From: an uncultured Gaiellaceae bacterium
GTDB taxonomy: Bacteria > Actinomycetota > Thermoleophilia > Gaiellales > Gaiellaceae
DNA length: 64,000 nucleotides
Direction of reading: 5' to 3'
Assembly: GCA_963822885.1 (NCBI GenBank)
Contig: CAWGJJ010000001.1
Coordinates: forward strand, 6,349 to 70,348
This document shows, piece by piece, positions 17,289 through 28,173 of this stretch. The notes under the pieces are model-generated. The model worked only from the letters and a program-made list of their open reading frames with translations, made no database searches and was not told where the DNA came from. The position numbers were made by a program, and so were the translations under genes. Every line of letters begins with the position of its first letter. Positions within the stretch are counted from its first letter, which is position 1.

Positions 17289-17702
17289 GTGCCGACCCGT
17301 CCACGCGTGCTCCACTTCGACGTCACGGTCGACGGCGCAGGTGACGCACGCAGCGCGCTCGGCGGGAGCGCACTGCCGCGAGAGGCCGAGTGGTGGGCGG
17401 AGCATCTCGTGCTCGCCGGGCTCGTGCGCTGCACCCTCGCGAGCATGGACTACTCGGCACGCCGTGCCGGACTCGACTCGAAGGGCGCCGGCAGCGCGCA
17501 CGGCACGGTCACCAAGCGCGAGGACGGACTCCACGCGTTCGTCGCCATCGAGACGACGCTCGAGGTCGACATCGCACCGGCGCCCGAGCCGGCGGCGCTG
17601 CAGGAGCTCGTCGCACGAGCGGAGCACGGCTGCTTCGTCTCGAACTCGCTCACTGCGAGACCACGTCATCGCTGGATCGTCAACGGCCAGGAGGTTCTGT
17701 GA
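17289..17702 (+). CDS. OsmC/Ohr family peroxiredoxin-like protein
   Basis: 137 aa with two conserved Cys contexts (LVRCTLASM, EHGCFVSNS) typical of OsmC. Confidence 0.7.
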   Translation: MPTRPRVLHFDVTVDGAGDARSALGGSALPREAEWWAEHLVLAGLVRCTLASMDYSARRAGLDSKGAGSAHGTVTKREDGLHAFVAIETTLEVDIAPAPEPAALQELVARAEHGCFVSNSLTARPRHRWIVNGQEVL

Positions 17703-18865
17703 GCACGACGGCGCTCGACATCGCGGCGGTCCGGGCGCGCTTCTCGGCGCTCGACCGCCGACTCGCGTTCTTCGACGGGCCGGGTGGGACGCAGTGTCCC
17801 GACGAGGTCATCGACGCGATCGCGCGCTACCTGCGCGAGGACAACGCGAACATCGGCGCGCCGTACGAGACGAGCCTGCGGACGACCGAGCTCGTCGAGC
17901 TGGCGCACGAGAAGGCCGCATCGTTCCTCGGCTGCTCGTCAGGAGAGACCGCGTTCGGGCAGAGCATGACCGCGCTCAACTTCCTGCTGAGCCGCGCCTT
18001 CGCGCGGACGCTGCGCGAGGGCGACGAGATCGTCGTCACCGCGCTCGACCACGACGCGAACGTGTCACCGTGGCTCGAGCTGGCACATGACCTCGGGCTC
18101 GTGGTTCACGTTGCGGGCCTGACGGACGACCTCGCGCTCGACTACGACGACCTCGCGAGCGAAGCTCTCCGACCGAACGCGGGTCGTCGCATTCCCGGTC
18201 GCTGCGAACTCGGTCGGGACGGCGCCGGACGTCAGGCGTGTCGTCGAGCTGGCGCATTCCGTCGGCGCGCTGGCGTGGGCGGATGCCGTCCACTACGCGC
18301 CGCACGGCCCGATCGACGTGCGCCGCATGGGACGTCGACATCCTCATCTGCTCGCCGTACAAGTACTTCGGGCCGCACATGGGACTCGCGTTCGGGAAGC
18401 GGGAGCTGCTCGAGTCCTGGCGCGCCTACAAGGTGCGACCCGCCGCGAACGAGCCGGTCGGGCATCGCTTCGAGCTCGGGACGAGCCAGCACGAGCTGCT
18501 CGCGGGCTTCGTCGCGGCAGTCGACTACATGGCCTCGCTCGGATGGGACGCCATGCTCTCGCACGAGCGTGCCCTGGGCGAGCGCTTCCTCGCCGGCCTC
18601 CCGGAGACGCGTGGAGCTGTACGGGATCCGCGGGATGGAGGGACGCGTGCCGACCTTCTGCTTCAACGTCCCTGGACACAGCGCCGAGCAGGTCGCCGTC
18701 TTCCTCGCGGAGCGCGAGATCGCGGTCTGGCACGGCGACTACTACGCCGTCGAGACGATGAAGCACCTCGGGCTCTCCGACGGCGCCGTCCGCGCAGGGA
18801 TCGTCCACTACAACACCGAGGACGAGGTCGACCGGCTGCTCGACGGGCTCGCCGCGCTGGCATGA
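17699..18865 (+). pseudogene. Class V aminotransferase / cysteine-desulfurase-like PLP enzyme with three +1 frameshifts
   Basis: GGAGG lies 4 nt before GTG 17699, a GTGA overlap with the OsmC stop. Protein segments follow frames 2 > 3 > 1 > 2, with junctions near 18161, 18324 and 18610. Examples are ...DYDDLAS|KLSDRTRVVAFPVAANSVGTAP...IDVR|AWDVDILICSPYKYFGPHMG...LPET|VELYGIRGMEGRVPTFCFNV. Confidence 0.8.
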
Positions 18866-19834
18866 GGCTCCTCCTTCTCGGAGGGCCGAGGTTCCTCGGG
18901 CGCGCGATCGTGGACGCCGCGCTCGAACGCGGGCACGAGCTGACGTTCTTCAACCGCGGCACCACGAACCCAGAGCTCTATCCGGAGATCGAGCGCATCG
19001 TCGGCGACCGGAAGGAAGGGCTCGACGCGCTCGCCGGTCGCGAGTGGGACGCGGTGGTCGACACGTGCGGCTACCTCCCTCGCGACGTGCGGGCTTCGGC
19101 AGAGGCGCTCGTCGGGTCGCGGCCTCTACTGCTTCGTGTCGAGCATCTCCGTTTACGCGGACTTCAGCGCGCCGACGGACGAGGACAGCCCGGTCGCCGA
19201 GCTCGGCGACCTGCCCGACGACGAGGTGACGGACGAGAGCTACGGCGCCGCTCAAGGCGCTGTGCGAGAGCGCCGTTCGCGACGTCGTTCGCCGAGCGCG
19301 CACTCGTCGTTCGCCCGGGTCTCATCGTCGGGCCGCACGACCCGACCGGCCGCTTCACGTACTGGCCGCATCGCGTCGCGCGCGGTGGCGAGGTGCTCGC
19401 GCCCGGCGCCGCCCGAACGCCCGACGCAGGTGATCGACGTCCGCGATCTCGCCGAGTGGACCGTCGCGCTCTGCGAGGCGCAGACGAGCGGCACGTACAA
19501 CGCCACCCATCCCGGAGTCGCGCTCTCGGAGCTCCTCGAGACCTGTCGCGCCGTCACCGTCGAGCGACGCGCGACCACGTGGGTCACGGACGAGTTCCTC
19601 CTCGAGCACGAGGTCGGCGAGTGGATGGAGCTACCGCTCTGGCTCGCCGACCCGGCGCTCGCGGCCGCGGATCGGGTGGACGTGCACGCGCGCGGTCGAC
19701 GCCGGCCTCGACGTTTCGGCCCGCTGGAGGAGACGGTTCGCGCGACGTTGGCGCACGCGCGAGACGGTCGACGGCGTCGGGCTCGGCCCGAGCGCGAGGC
19801 CGAGCTGCTCGCGGCGTGGCATGACCGTGAGTAA
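18862..19834 (+). pseudogene. NAD-dependent epimerase/dehydratase (extended SDR) with at least four +1 frameshifts
   Basis: ATGA overlap with the previous gene. The N-terminus is MRLLLLGGPRFLGRAIV. Frames go 1 > 2 > 3 > 1 > 2, with junctions near 19120, 19250, 19290 and 19410. There is also an apparently compensated pair near 19690/19712. Confidence 0.75.
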
Positions 19835-20142
19835 GGACTACTCGGGCACGCCGCTCTCGCAGAAGCTCGGCGCGAAGCCCGGCGCAGGGGTCGTCGTCTT
19901 CTTCACGACGACACGCGACGACCTCGAGCGGCGGTTCGAGTCGTTGAAGGCGACGCTCGACCCCGCCGACGGCCTCTGGATCGCCTGGCCCAAGAAAGCG
20001 GCGAAGATCGACGGCGACCTCACCTTCGAGGCGGTGCAGGAGATCGGCCTCGCGCACGGGCTCGTCGACAACAAGAGCTGCTCGATCGACGAGCGCTGGC
20101 AAGGCGCTGCGCTTCGTCTACCGCCTCACGGATCGAGCGTGA
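19821..20142 (+). pseudogene. DUF3052-like protein with a 3'-proximal frameshift
   Basis: MTVSKDYSGTPLSQKLGAKPG...WPKKAAKIDGDLTFE matches the DUF3052 pattern. After about 20104 the conserved end (ALRFVYRLTDRA*) is in the +1 frame and stops at 20140..20142. The uncorrected ORF runs on to 20243. Confidence 0.65.
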
Positions 20143-21016
20143 AGTCCTGCGCCTTCCGCGCCCGGTCCCACGGATCCTCGTCCCAGCGGATCATGTCCGG
20201 ATCGATCCCGCGGGCCTCCGCTAGCTCGCACGTGAGCCGCTGAAAGCGGACGATGTCGACGACCGGATGCGTCGTCGGGACGAGCAGGGCGTCGCAGCCG
20301 AGCTCGCCGAGCGCGCGCATCGCGTCGACCGCGCGCTCCGCAGCGCGACCCTCTCCCTCGAGGACGAAGCACCGCACCGAAGGATCGATCGCCGCCAGGT
20401 GCCCGTGCAGGAGCTGCTCGGTGTGATGCGCCTCGGCCGCGACGTGCGCTCCTTCGCGGAGCTTGAGCACCGCCTCGAGCACGGTCGCCGCATCGCGCCC
20501 GGCTCCCGCGACGACGAAGCGGTCGTGCTCGGACGCCGCGAGCGGCTCGGCGTCGAGCTCGCGGAAGACCTGCGCGGCCAGCTCGCTCACGTCCTCGCCC
20601 TGGAGTGCGCGGCCCGCCGCGACCGCGGCGGTGTAGCTGGAGGTGTGGCAGTAGCTCTCCTCGATCGCGGGTGTCGCCACGACGACGTGATCGACGGCCT
20701 TCGCGAGCGCGCTCTCGGCGGCGCCCGTGATCAGCCACGTCTCGCCCGCGAACCCGCGCACCGCCTCCAGCGTGAGCGCCGTCCCGCCCTCGTGCGAGAT
20801 CGCGACGAGGACATCGGCCTCGGGTGCGTTCCCGAGAACGATCTCGAGCGCCTGCGCGGCGCGACCGCACGCGAGGGCCGCGTGGTACGACGTGCCGCAG
20901 CCGGTGAAGAGCACGCGAGCGCCCTCCGGCAGCCGACGATCGCCGACCCGCTCGGGCACCTCCCGCAGCCACTCGGGCTGCTGGGCGATGGCCTTTCGGG
21001 TCAGCTGTCCGGGCAC
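20126..21016 (-). CDS. SIS-domain sugar phosphate isomerase/aminotransferase-like protein
   Basis: Two SIS-like halves (VLFTGCGTSYHAAL, AISHEGGT, FVVAGAGRDAATVLEAVLKLREG). The reading frame is intact. Confidence 0.7.
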   Translation of the reverse strand: MPGQLTRKAIAQQPEWLREVPERVGDRRLPEGARVLFTGCGTSYHAALACGRAAQALEIVLGNAPEADVLVAISHEGGTALTLEAVRGFAGETWLITGAAESALAKAVDHVVVATPAIEESYCHTSSYTAAVAAGRALQGEDVSELAAQVFRELDAEPLAASEHDRFVVAGAGRDAATVLEAVLKLREGAHVAAEAHHTEQLLHGHLAAIDPSVRCFVLEGEGRAAERAVDAMRALGELGCDALLVPTTHPVVDIVRFQRLTCELAEARGIDPDMIRWDEDPWDRARKAQDFTLDP

Positions 21017-21021
21017 GAGTC

Positions 21022-22312
21022 GTGTCTATACCATCGAACGCCGTGGCGATCTTCGAGAAGACGACGCTGGGCAACGGGATTCGCGTCGTGACCGCGCCGT
21101 TCCCGCAGGTCGGATCGGTGTCGTGCTTCGTCATGCTGGCAGCCGGCTCCAGGTACGAGACGCCGGACGCGAAGGGCATCGCGCACTTCGCCGAGCACAT
21201 GTTCTTCAAGGGCACGGAGCGGCGGCCGACCGCACGCACGATCTCGACGGAGATCGACGCGATCGGCGGCGAGTTCAATGCCTTCACGGGCAAGGAGCTC
21301 ACGGGCTACTACGTCCGCTGCGGGTCGGAGACGCGCGACACCGCGCTCGACGTCCTCGCCGACATGCTCCTCAACTCGCGCTTCGACGAGGCGGAGATCA
21401 CGAAGGAGAAGGGCGTGATCCTCGAGGAGATGAACGTGTACCTCGACACGCCGCAGCGCTACGTCGGCAACGTCTACGACCGCCTGCTCTACGCGGATCA
21501 GCCGCTCGGCTGGGACATCATCGGGACGCGCGAGACGGTCCAGGACGCGACGCGCGAGACGTTCACTGACGTACCTCGACACCTGGTACCGGCCGGAGCG
21601 AATGGTCATCGGGATCGGCGGCCGGATCGGGGACGGCCTGACCGATCGCCTCGAGGAGCTGCTGGGCGGCATCGACCCGCGAACGACCGGCGAGGCCCCG
21701 GAGGTCGAGCTCCCGCCGGACACTTCGCCCGTCGCCGTGCACACGAAGGACTCGGAGCAGGCGCACCTCATCCTCGGAGTGCGCGGCTATCCGATCGGCC
21801 ATCCCAACCGCTACGCACTGCAGCTCCTCGCGGTCGTTCTCGGTGGCGGGATGTCGTCGCGCCTCTTCACCGAGGTGCGCGAGCGGCGCGGCCTCGGCTA
21901 CTACGTGCACGCGGGCAACACGGCCTACACGGACGCGGGGACGTTCTACGCGAGCGCAGGGGTCGACGTCGCACGCGTGGACGAGGCGATCACGACGATC
22001 CTCGGCGAGCTGCGGAAGATCGCCGCCGATCCCGTTCCCGCCGACGAGCTCGAGAAGGCGCGCGGCTACGCGAAGGGTCGCTTCGTCCTTCGTCTGGAGA
22101 GCCCGCAGGGGACGATCCAGTACGGCCTTCGGCGCGAGGTGCTCGAGGGCGAGATCGAGGATCCCGACGAGCTTCTGCGACAGCTGGACGAGGTCACGGT
22201 CGAGGACGTCCAGCGCGTCGCGAAGGATCTCTTCGAGGACAAGCGTCTCTACCTCGCGCTCGTCGGGCCGTTCGACGATCCGGCGCGCTTCGAGAAGCTG
22301 CTCGCTGCGTGA
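21022..22312 (+). pseudogene. M16 (pitrilysin/insulinase) family zinc peptidase with one +1 frameshift
   Basis: Inverted zinc motif HFAEHMFFKGT and EE in VILEEMN. Frame 1 shifts to frame 2 near 21571 (...TRETFTD|YLDTWYRPERMVIGIGG...). The C-terminal half is ORF 21602..22312. Confidence 0.8.
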
Positions 22313-23693
22313 CGAGCGACGAGCGCGCTCCTGCTGCAGCGCACGGCCGAGCTGGCGGCGGACTTTCTCGACACGCTCGACGCGCGGCCGATTCGGCCGT
22401 CGGCGGGTGTCGACGAGCTCCGCGAGAGTCTCGGAGGGCCGTTGCCCGAGACGCCGTCCGATCCGCTGGAGGTCATCGACGCGTTGGCCGCCGCCGCGGA
22501 GCCGGGCGTCGTCGGCATCCCCAGCGGGCGCTACTTCGGCTTCGTGATCGGCGGAGCGCTTCCGGCTGCGCTCGCGGCGGACTGGCTCACCTCGGTGTGG
22601 GATCAGAACGCGGGACTCGTCATCGCGGGACCGTCGGCAGCCGTCGTCGAGGAGGTGGCAGGCGAGTGGCTGAAGGATCTGCTCGGCATCCCTGCGAGTG
22701 CGTCGTTCTCGTTCGTCACGGGCTGCCAGATGGCGCACGTCACCGTGCTTCGCGGCGGCGCGACACGCAGTGCTCGAGCGGGTGGGCTGGGACGTGGAGC
22801 AGGACGGTCTCGCGGGGTCACCGCCGATCGCGGTCGTCGCCGGAGACCGCGCCACGTGACGATCGACCGCGCCCTGCGTCTCGTCGGGATCGGGAGCGGC
22901 TCGACTCGCCGGGTCGCGGTCGACGACCAGGGTCGCATGCGGAGCTGACGCGCTGCAGGCGACGCTCCGCGACGTCGACGGCCCGGCGATCGTCTGCGCG
23001 CAGGCAGGCGAGGTGAACACGGGCGCCTTCGACTCGTTCGAGGAGATCGTTCCCGCGTGCCGCGAGGTCGGTGCCTGGGTGCACGTCGACGGCGCGTTCG
23101 GGCTGTGGGCGAGCGCCTCCCCGACATTGCGCGGTCTCATGGCCGGCGTCGAGGGCGCCGACTCCTGGGCGACCGACGCGCACAAGTGGCTCAACGTGCC
23201 GTACGACAGCGGACTCGCGTTCGTCGCGCATCCGGAAGCTCATCGAGCCGCGATGAGCCTGAAGGCCGAGTACATCGTCGCCGACCCGGACGCTGCGCGC
23301 GACCAGATGGACTGGACGCCCGAGTTCTCGCGTCGCGCGCGCGGATTCGCGGTCTACGCGGCGCTGCGGTCGCTCGGCCGTTCGGGCGTCGCGGATCTCG
23401 TCGAAGGCTCCTGTGCCCGCGCGCGACAGTTCGCGGAAGCCATCGCCGAACTTCCCGGGTGCACTGTCGTCAACGATGTCGTCCTGAACCAGGTGCTCTT
23501 CCGCTTCGCGGACGACGAGACGACGAACGCCGTCCTCGCCGACGTGCAACGAAGCGGCGAGGCGTGGATGAGCGGGACGATCTGGGGCGGTCGCGCGGCG
23601 ATTCGACTCTCGGTGTCGAACTGGCGGACGAGCGAGAAGGACATCGACCGCACGGTCGCCGCGTTCGAGTCGGCGCTCGTCACCACCGCCTGA
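22309..23693 (+). pseudogene. Group II PLP-dependent decarboxylase family protein with about four frameshifts
   Basis: GTGA overlap with the peptidase stop. Segments are ...LLLQRTAELAADFLD..., FVTGCQMAHVT, AARHAVLERVGWDVEQDGL, VTIDRALRLVGIG, and ADALQATLRDVDGPAIVCAQAGEVNTGAFD...ATDAHKWLNVPYDSG (the PLP Lys context). They sit in different frames, with junctions near 22324, 22751, 22853 and 22943. Confidence 0.7.
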
Positions 23694-23706
23694 GACGACG
23701 CCGACC

Positions 23707-24132
23707 CTAGATGAGCGGCGCGTTCGAACCGAGCGCGAACGTCATTCGAATCTCGGTTCCCAGATCAGCCGAGCTCGAGATTGCGTGGCGACTCGTCAGA
23801 GCGTCGATGATCTCGAGCCCGAGCCCGCCGGGCTCGTCTCGAACGACGCTCGAGCTCTCAAACCCGGCGCCCTGATCACCCACGACGACTGTCAGCTCGT
23901 CGTCCACCTTGGTCATCACAACCTCGACGGTGCCCCCGTCCGCGCCGTACGCGTGGCGGACGGAGTTCGTCACCGCCTCGCTGACGCACAGCCGGATGTC
24001 GTCGACGATCCGCTGTTCGACGGCGATGTGCGCTGCCGCATCGCCGACAGCAGCGCGAGCCGCGCCGACGCTCATGGGGATCGCCGGCAGCACGACTTCC
24101 ACCAGCGGAGTAGAGGTGCCGAAGTACGTCAC
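23707..24132 (-). CDS. RsbW/SpoIIAB-like anti-sigma-factor serine kinase (HATPase_c)
   Basis: 141 aa with EAVTNSVRHAY (N-box), VGDQGAGF and GGLGLEIIDAL (G-boxes). Confidence 0.7.
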   Translation of the reverse strand: MTYFGTSTPLVEVVLPAIPMSVGAARAAVGDAAAHIAVEQRIVDDIRLCVSEAVTNSVRHAYGADGGTVEVVMTKVDDELTVVVGDQGAGFESSSVVRDEPGGLGLEIIDALTSRHAISSSADLGTEIRMTFALGSNAPLI

Positions 24133-24208
24133 GCCATGAAGATGCCCTCAACGCGATCCACGAAACACCGCTCTGTCACCGGATCGCCATCATCGGCAAG
24201 ATGACGCG

Positions 24209-24946
24209 ATGTCACGCGTAACGGGAATCTCGCCTGTCCTCCTCGTCGGAGACATCGAACGAGCGGTCGGGTACTACCGCGAACAGCTCGGATTCACGTG
24301 CGAGATGTTCGGCGATCCGCCGACCTTCGCGAGCGCGGAGCGGGACGGCTCGTCGATTCTGCTTGCCCTCTGTCGCGAACCGGAGCGCATCGTCCCGAAC
24401 TGGCGCATCGTCGACCAGACGTGGAACGTCTATATCCGCGTCGACGATGCCGATGCCGTGTACGCGGAGGTGCAGGAGCGCGGGGCGGCCATCGACTACA
24501 CGATCTACGACGCGCCGCATGGATTCCGCGAGTTCGGAGTCCAGGATCCCGACGGCCACGACATCGCCTTCGGGCTCGCCTCTGTAGGAGAGCTACTCCT
24601 CGGTCGGCTGCGTGACCGCGCGGTCGGCGATCTCGGATACGACGGCGGGGTCGGCGAGCGTCGTCGTATCGCCCAGCGGGCGGTTCTCGGCGACGTCGCG
24701 CAGGAGGCGGCGCATGATCTTCCCCGAGCGCGTCTTCGGAAGCTCGGGCGTGAACACGATGTTCGCCGGCTTCGCGATCGGGCCGATCTTGACGGCGACG
24801 TGGTTGCGCAGCTCCTCGAGGCGCTCGACCGACCCCTCCTCGCCGCCCTTCAGCGTCACGAACGCGACGATCGCCTGACCGGTGAGCGCGTCGGCACGAC
24901 CGCACACCGCGGCCTCGGCGACGCTCTGGTGATCGACGAGCGCTGA
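24209..24946 (+). CDS. VOC (glyoxalase/bleomycin-resistance) family protein; 3' end doubtful
   Basis: The first ~125 aa form a VOC fold (ISPVLLVGDIERAVGYYREQLGF...FGVQDPDGHDIAFG). The remaining ~120 codons are antisense to acs and are probably not a genuine extension. Confidence 0.65.
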   Translation: MSRVTGISPVLLVGDIERAVGYYREQLGFTCEMFGDPPTFASAERDGSSILLALCREPERIVPNWRIVDQTWNVYIRVDDADAVYAEVQERGAAIDYTIYDAPHGFREFGVQDPDGHDIAFGLASVGELLLGRLRDRAVGDLGYDGGVGERRRIAQRAVLGDVAQEAAHDLPRARLRKLGREHDVRRLRDRADLDGDVVAQLLEALDRPLLAALQRHERDDRLTGERVGTTAHRGLGDALVIDER

Positions 24947-26557
24947 CTCGACCTCGATCGTCGAGATGCGGTGCCCGGACATGTTCATCACGTCGTCGAC
25001 CCGGCCGAGGAGCCAGAAGTCGCCGTCCTCGTCGACGCGTGCGCCGTCGCCGGCGAAGTACATCCCCGGGAAGCGCTCCCAGTACGTCGCACGAAAGCGC
25101 GAGTCGTCTCCGAAGATGCCACGCGTCATCGCCGGCCAGGGACGCTTCAGCACGAGGTAGCCGCCCCCGCCCGGCCCGACCTCGTTTCCGTTGTCGTCCA
25201 CGACGCCGGCGTCGATGCCGGGGAACGGCTTCGTCGCGGAGCCGGGCTTGGTCGTCGTCACTCCCGGGAGCGGCGTGATGAGGATCATCCCCGTCTCCGT
25301 CTGCCACCACGTGTCGACGATCGGCGTGCGCTCCCGCCCGATGTGCCGGCGGTACCACATCCACGCCTCCGGGTTGATCGGCTCGCCGACGGATCCGAGA
25401 AGGCGCAGCGACGAGAGATCGTGCTTCGCCGCGTGCTCCGGCCCCCACTTCATGTGCGCGCGGATCGCCGTCGGCGCCGTGTACAGGATCGTCACCTTGT
25501 AGCGCTCGACGATGTCCCACCAGCGGTTCTTGTCCGGGAAGTCCGGCGTCCCCTCGTAGAGGACGCTCGTGGCGCCGTTGCAGAGCGGGCCGTAGACGAT
25601 GTAGCTGTGGCCCGTCACCCAGCCGATGTCGGCCGCGCACCAGTAGACGTCCTGCTCGGGCTTCAGGTCGAAGACGTAGTGGTGCGTCGACGCGACGCCG
25701 ACGAGGTAGCCGGCCGTCGTGTGCGCGATGCCCTTCGGCTTCGCAGTCGTTCCGCTCGTGTACAGGAGGTAGAGAAGGTCCTCCGAGTCCATCGGCTCGC
25801 AGGGACATGACGCGGGATCCGTCGACTGGCCTTCGACGAGCGCGTTCCAGGTGATGTCGCGACCGCGGATCATCGGAACGTCGCCACGCGTCCGCTGGCC
25901 GACCACGACCGCCCGCACGCCCGGGCACGACTCGAGTGCCTCGTCCGCATTCCGCTTCAGCGGGACGATCGTCCCGCGCCGGAAGCTCTCGTCCTGCGTG
26001 AGGAGCACCTCGCAGCGCATGTCGTTGAGGCGGTCGGCGAGCGCCTCCGCCGAGAAGCCGCCGAAGACGACGGTGTGCGGCGCGCCGAGCCGCGCGCACG
26101 CGAGCATCGCGACGGGAAGTCCCGGCCCCATGCCCATGTAGATGCCGACGGGCGTGCCCTTCCCGACCCCGAGCTCCTTCAGGCCGTTGGCAGCGCGAAC
26201 CACCTCTTCGAGGAGCTGCTGATACGTGATCGCCGCGCGCTCGCCCACCGGCTCGCCCTCGTAGTGGAAGGCGACCCGATCGCCGAGACCGGCCTCGACG
26301 TGGCGGTCGAGGCAGTTGTACGCGACGTTGATCGTGCCGCCGCCGTACCACTTCGCGTACGGAAGCTCCCACTCGAGGAGCGAGGTGAACGGCTCGAACC
26401 ACGTCACCCGCTCGCGGCCTTCGCGCTCCCAGAACTCTTCGAAGGGGACGTCGTAGATGTCCCGCTGCGCGTTGGCCTGCGCGGCAAACTCGGGAGGCGG
26501 CGGATAGCGGCGATCCTCGTCGAACAGCGTCTCGATCGCGTGGTCGGTCGGTTCCAT
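24593..26557 (-). CDS. acs: Acetyl-CoA synthetase (AMP-forming)
   Basis: Start is ATG 26557 (MEPTDHAIETLF...). Motifs include WYGGGTINVAYNCLDRH, YTSGTTAKPKG, WWQTETG, DGDFWLLGRVDDVMNMSGHRI and PKTRSGKIMRRLLR. Confidence 0.92.
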   Translation of the reverse strand: MEPTDHAIETLFDEDRRYPPPPEFAAQANAQRDIYDVPFEEFWEREGRERVTWFEPFTSLLEWELPYAKWYGGGTINVAYNCLDRHVEAGLGDRVAFHYEGEPVGERAAITYQQLLEEVVRAANGLKELGVGKGTPVGIYMGMGPGLPVAMLACARLGAPHTVVFGGFSAEALADRLNDMRCEVLLTQDESFRRGTIVPLKRNADEALESCPGVRAVVVGQRTRGDVPMIRGRDITWNALVEGQSTDPASCPCEPMDSEDLLYLLYTSGTTAKPKGIAHTTAGYLVGVASTHHYVFDLKPEQDVYWCAADIGWVTGHSYIVYGPLCNGATSVLYEGTPDFPDKNRWWDIVERYKVTILYTAPTAIRAHMKWGPEHAAKHDLSSLRLLGSVGEPINPEAWMWYRRHIGRERTPIVDTWWQTETGMILITPLPGVTTTKPGSATKPFPGIDAGVVDDNGNEVGPGGGGYLVLKRPWPAMTRGIFGDDSRFRATYWERFPGMYFAGDGARVDEDGDFWLLGRVDDVMNMSGHRISTIEVESALVDHQSVAEAAVCGRADALTGQAIVAFVTLKGGEEGSVERLEELRNHVAVKIGPIAKPANIVFTPELPKTRSGKIMRRLLRDVAENRPLGDTTTLADPAVVSEIADRAVTQPTEE

Positions 26558-26676
26558 GCGCGCGTTTCTTACCACGTCACCCCTCGCTGCGACACTCGGA
26601 AACGTGATCCGGAGCCTCAGGGGCTGAGCGCGAGCGACCGGCTTTCGCCGCAACGGCGCCGGTAGAGTCCGCCGCG

Positions 26677-28173
26677 GTGGACGCCGACCTTCGTGCGCTC
26701 CGAGAGCGCCTCGCCGAGATCTCCGACCTGCATCGCACGTTCTACGTGCTCTCGTGGGATCAGAAGGTCACGATGCCTCCCGGCGGCCATCCGGCACGTG
26801 CCGAGGCACTCGGGACACTCAGTCGCGTCGTCCACGAGAAGTTCGTCGACGACGAGGTGGGGCGCCTGCTCGAACGGCTGCGCCCGCTCGAGGAGTCGCT
26901 CGACTACGACTCCGACGACGCGAGCCTGATCCGCGTCACCCGGCGCGACTGGGAGAAGCAGCGCCGCGTTCCGACCGAGCTCCGCGTCGAGCTGACGCGA
27001 GCCGGCGCGCTCGGCAACCAGGTGTGGATCGAGGCGCGCGCGACGAACGACTTCGCGAAGTTCCTCCCCGCACTCCAGCGCAACCTCGAGCTCAAGCGTC
27101 GCTACGTCGACTGCTTCGAGTGGGAGGACTCGCCCTACACGCCGCTCCTCGACGACTTCGAGCCGTACATGCAGACCACCGAGGTGACCGAGGTGTTCGG
27201 GACGATCCGCCCCGTGCTCGCAGAGCTCGTGCGCGAGGCGCCGGAGGTCGACGCCTCGTTCCTGGAGCAGCCGTTCGCCGCCGGCGGGCAGGAGGCGTTC
27301 TGCAAGCGGATCCTCTCAACGCTCGGTCTCGAGGAAGGCTCGTACCGGCTCGATCCGACCGTCCACCCGTTCTGCACATCGTTCTCCCGCCGGGACGTGC
27401 GCATGACGACGCGTTTCAACGAGACGGGTCTCGACTCGCTCTGGTCGACGATGCACGAGGCGGGCCACGGGCATTACGCGCACGGAATCGCGGCCTCGCT
27501 CGAGCGGACGCCGCTCGCGGGCTCGCCGTCGCTCGGCCTCAACGAGTCGCAGAGCCGGACCTGGGAGAACCTCGTCGGCCGCAGCCGCCCCTTCTGGCTC
27601 CACTGGTACGACTCGCTGCAGGAGACGTTCCCGGTGCAGCTCGGGGACGTCGACCTCGACACGTTCCTCGCTGCCGTGAACCGCGCCGAACCCGGGCTCA
27701 TCCGCGTCGAGGCCGACGAGACGACATACAGCCTCCACATCATCCATCGCTTCGAGCTCGAGCAGCGCCTCATCGAAGGCTCGCTCGACCCGAAGGACCT
27801 GCCTGACGCGTGGAGCGCCGGAATGGCCGACCTGCTCGGCGTCGAGGTGCCCGACGACACCCACGGCGTTCTCCAGGACATCCACTGGTCGCAGGGTGGC
27901 ATCGGCTACTTCCCGACCTACGCGCTCGGCAACGTCATCTCGCTCCAGATCTGGGCTGCGGTCCGCGACGCGCTCCCCGACCTCGACGCGCAGATGGAGG
28001 CCGGCGAGCTCGGCGACCTGGCCGCGTGGCTTCGCGACAACCTCTACTCGCTCGGGCGCAAGTTCACGCCGAAGGAGACGATCGAGCGGCTGACCGGAAC
28101 GCCCGCGATCGATCCGCAGCCATACCTCGCCTACCTCCGCGAGAAGCTCGCCTCTCTGCCCGCCGGTGTCTGA
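26677..28173 (+). CDS. M32 family carboxypeptidase (Taq-type)
   Basis: HEAGHGHY zinc motif, plus HPFCT, IRVEADE and DIHWSQG signatures. Confidence 0.88.
   Translation: MDADLRALRERLAEISDLHRTFYVLSWDQKVTMPPGGHPARAEALGTLSRVVHEKFVDDEVGRLLERLRPLEESLDYDSDDASLIRVTRRDWEKQRRVPTELRVELTRAGALGNQVWIEARATNDFAKFLPALQRNLELKRRYVDCFEWEDSPYTPLLDDFEPYMQTTEVTEVFGTIRPVLAELVREAPEVDASFLEQPFAAGGQEAFCKRILSTLGLEEGSYRLDPTVHPFCTSFSRRDVRMTTRFNETGLDSLWSTMHEAGHGHYAHGIAASLERTPLAGSPSLGLNESQSRTWENLVGRSRPFWLHWYDSLQETFPVQLGDVDLDTFLAAVNRAEPGLIRVEADETTYSLHIIHRFELEQRLIEGSLDPKDLPDAWSAGMADLLGVEVPDDTHGVLQDIHWSQGGIGYFPTYALGNVISLQIWAAVRDALPDLDAQMEAGELGDLAAWLRDNLYSLGRKFTPKETIERLTGTPAIDPQPYLAYLREKLASLPAGV

Noticed and set aside
20118-21302. 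Long alternative-frame or antisense ORFs with Arg/Ala/Pro/Gly-rich translations. Examples are 110..1846, 258..1730, 1857..3593, 5237..6112, 7948..8937, 9064..10590, 20118..21302, 24294..26402, 28739..30796, 38685..40023 and 42695..44233.
   Set aside because: They overlap genes with clear family signatures in another frame. Their composition is the typical by-product of about 70% GC DNA, where stop codons are rare. None shows recognisable motifs.
28171-28173. The in-frame TGA between the M32 carboxypeptidase and the coxS-like ORF read as selenocysteine or programmed read-through, given selD in the window.
   Set aside because: A carboxypeptidase-ferredoxin fusion is implausible. I see no SECIS-like hairpin directly downstream. 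A GTG start with the usual 8-nt overlap plus a 1-nt C-run correction explains the arrangement.
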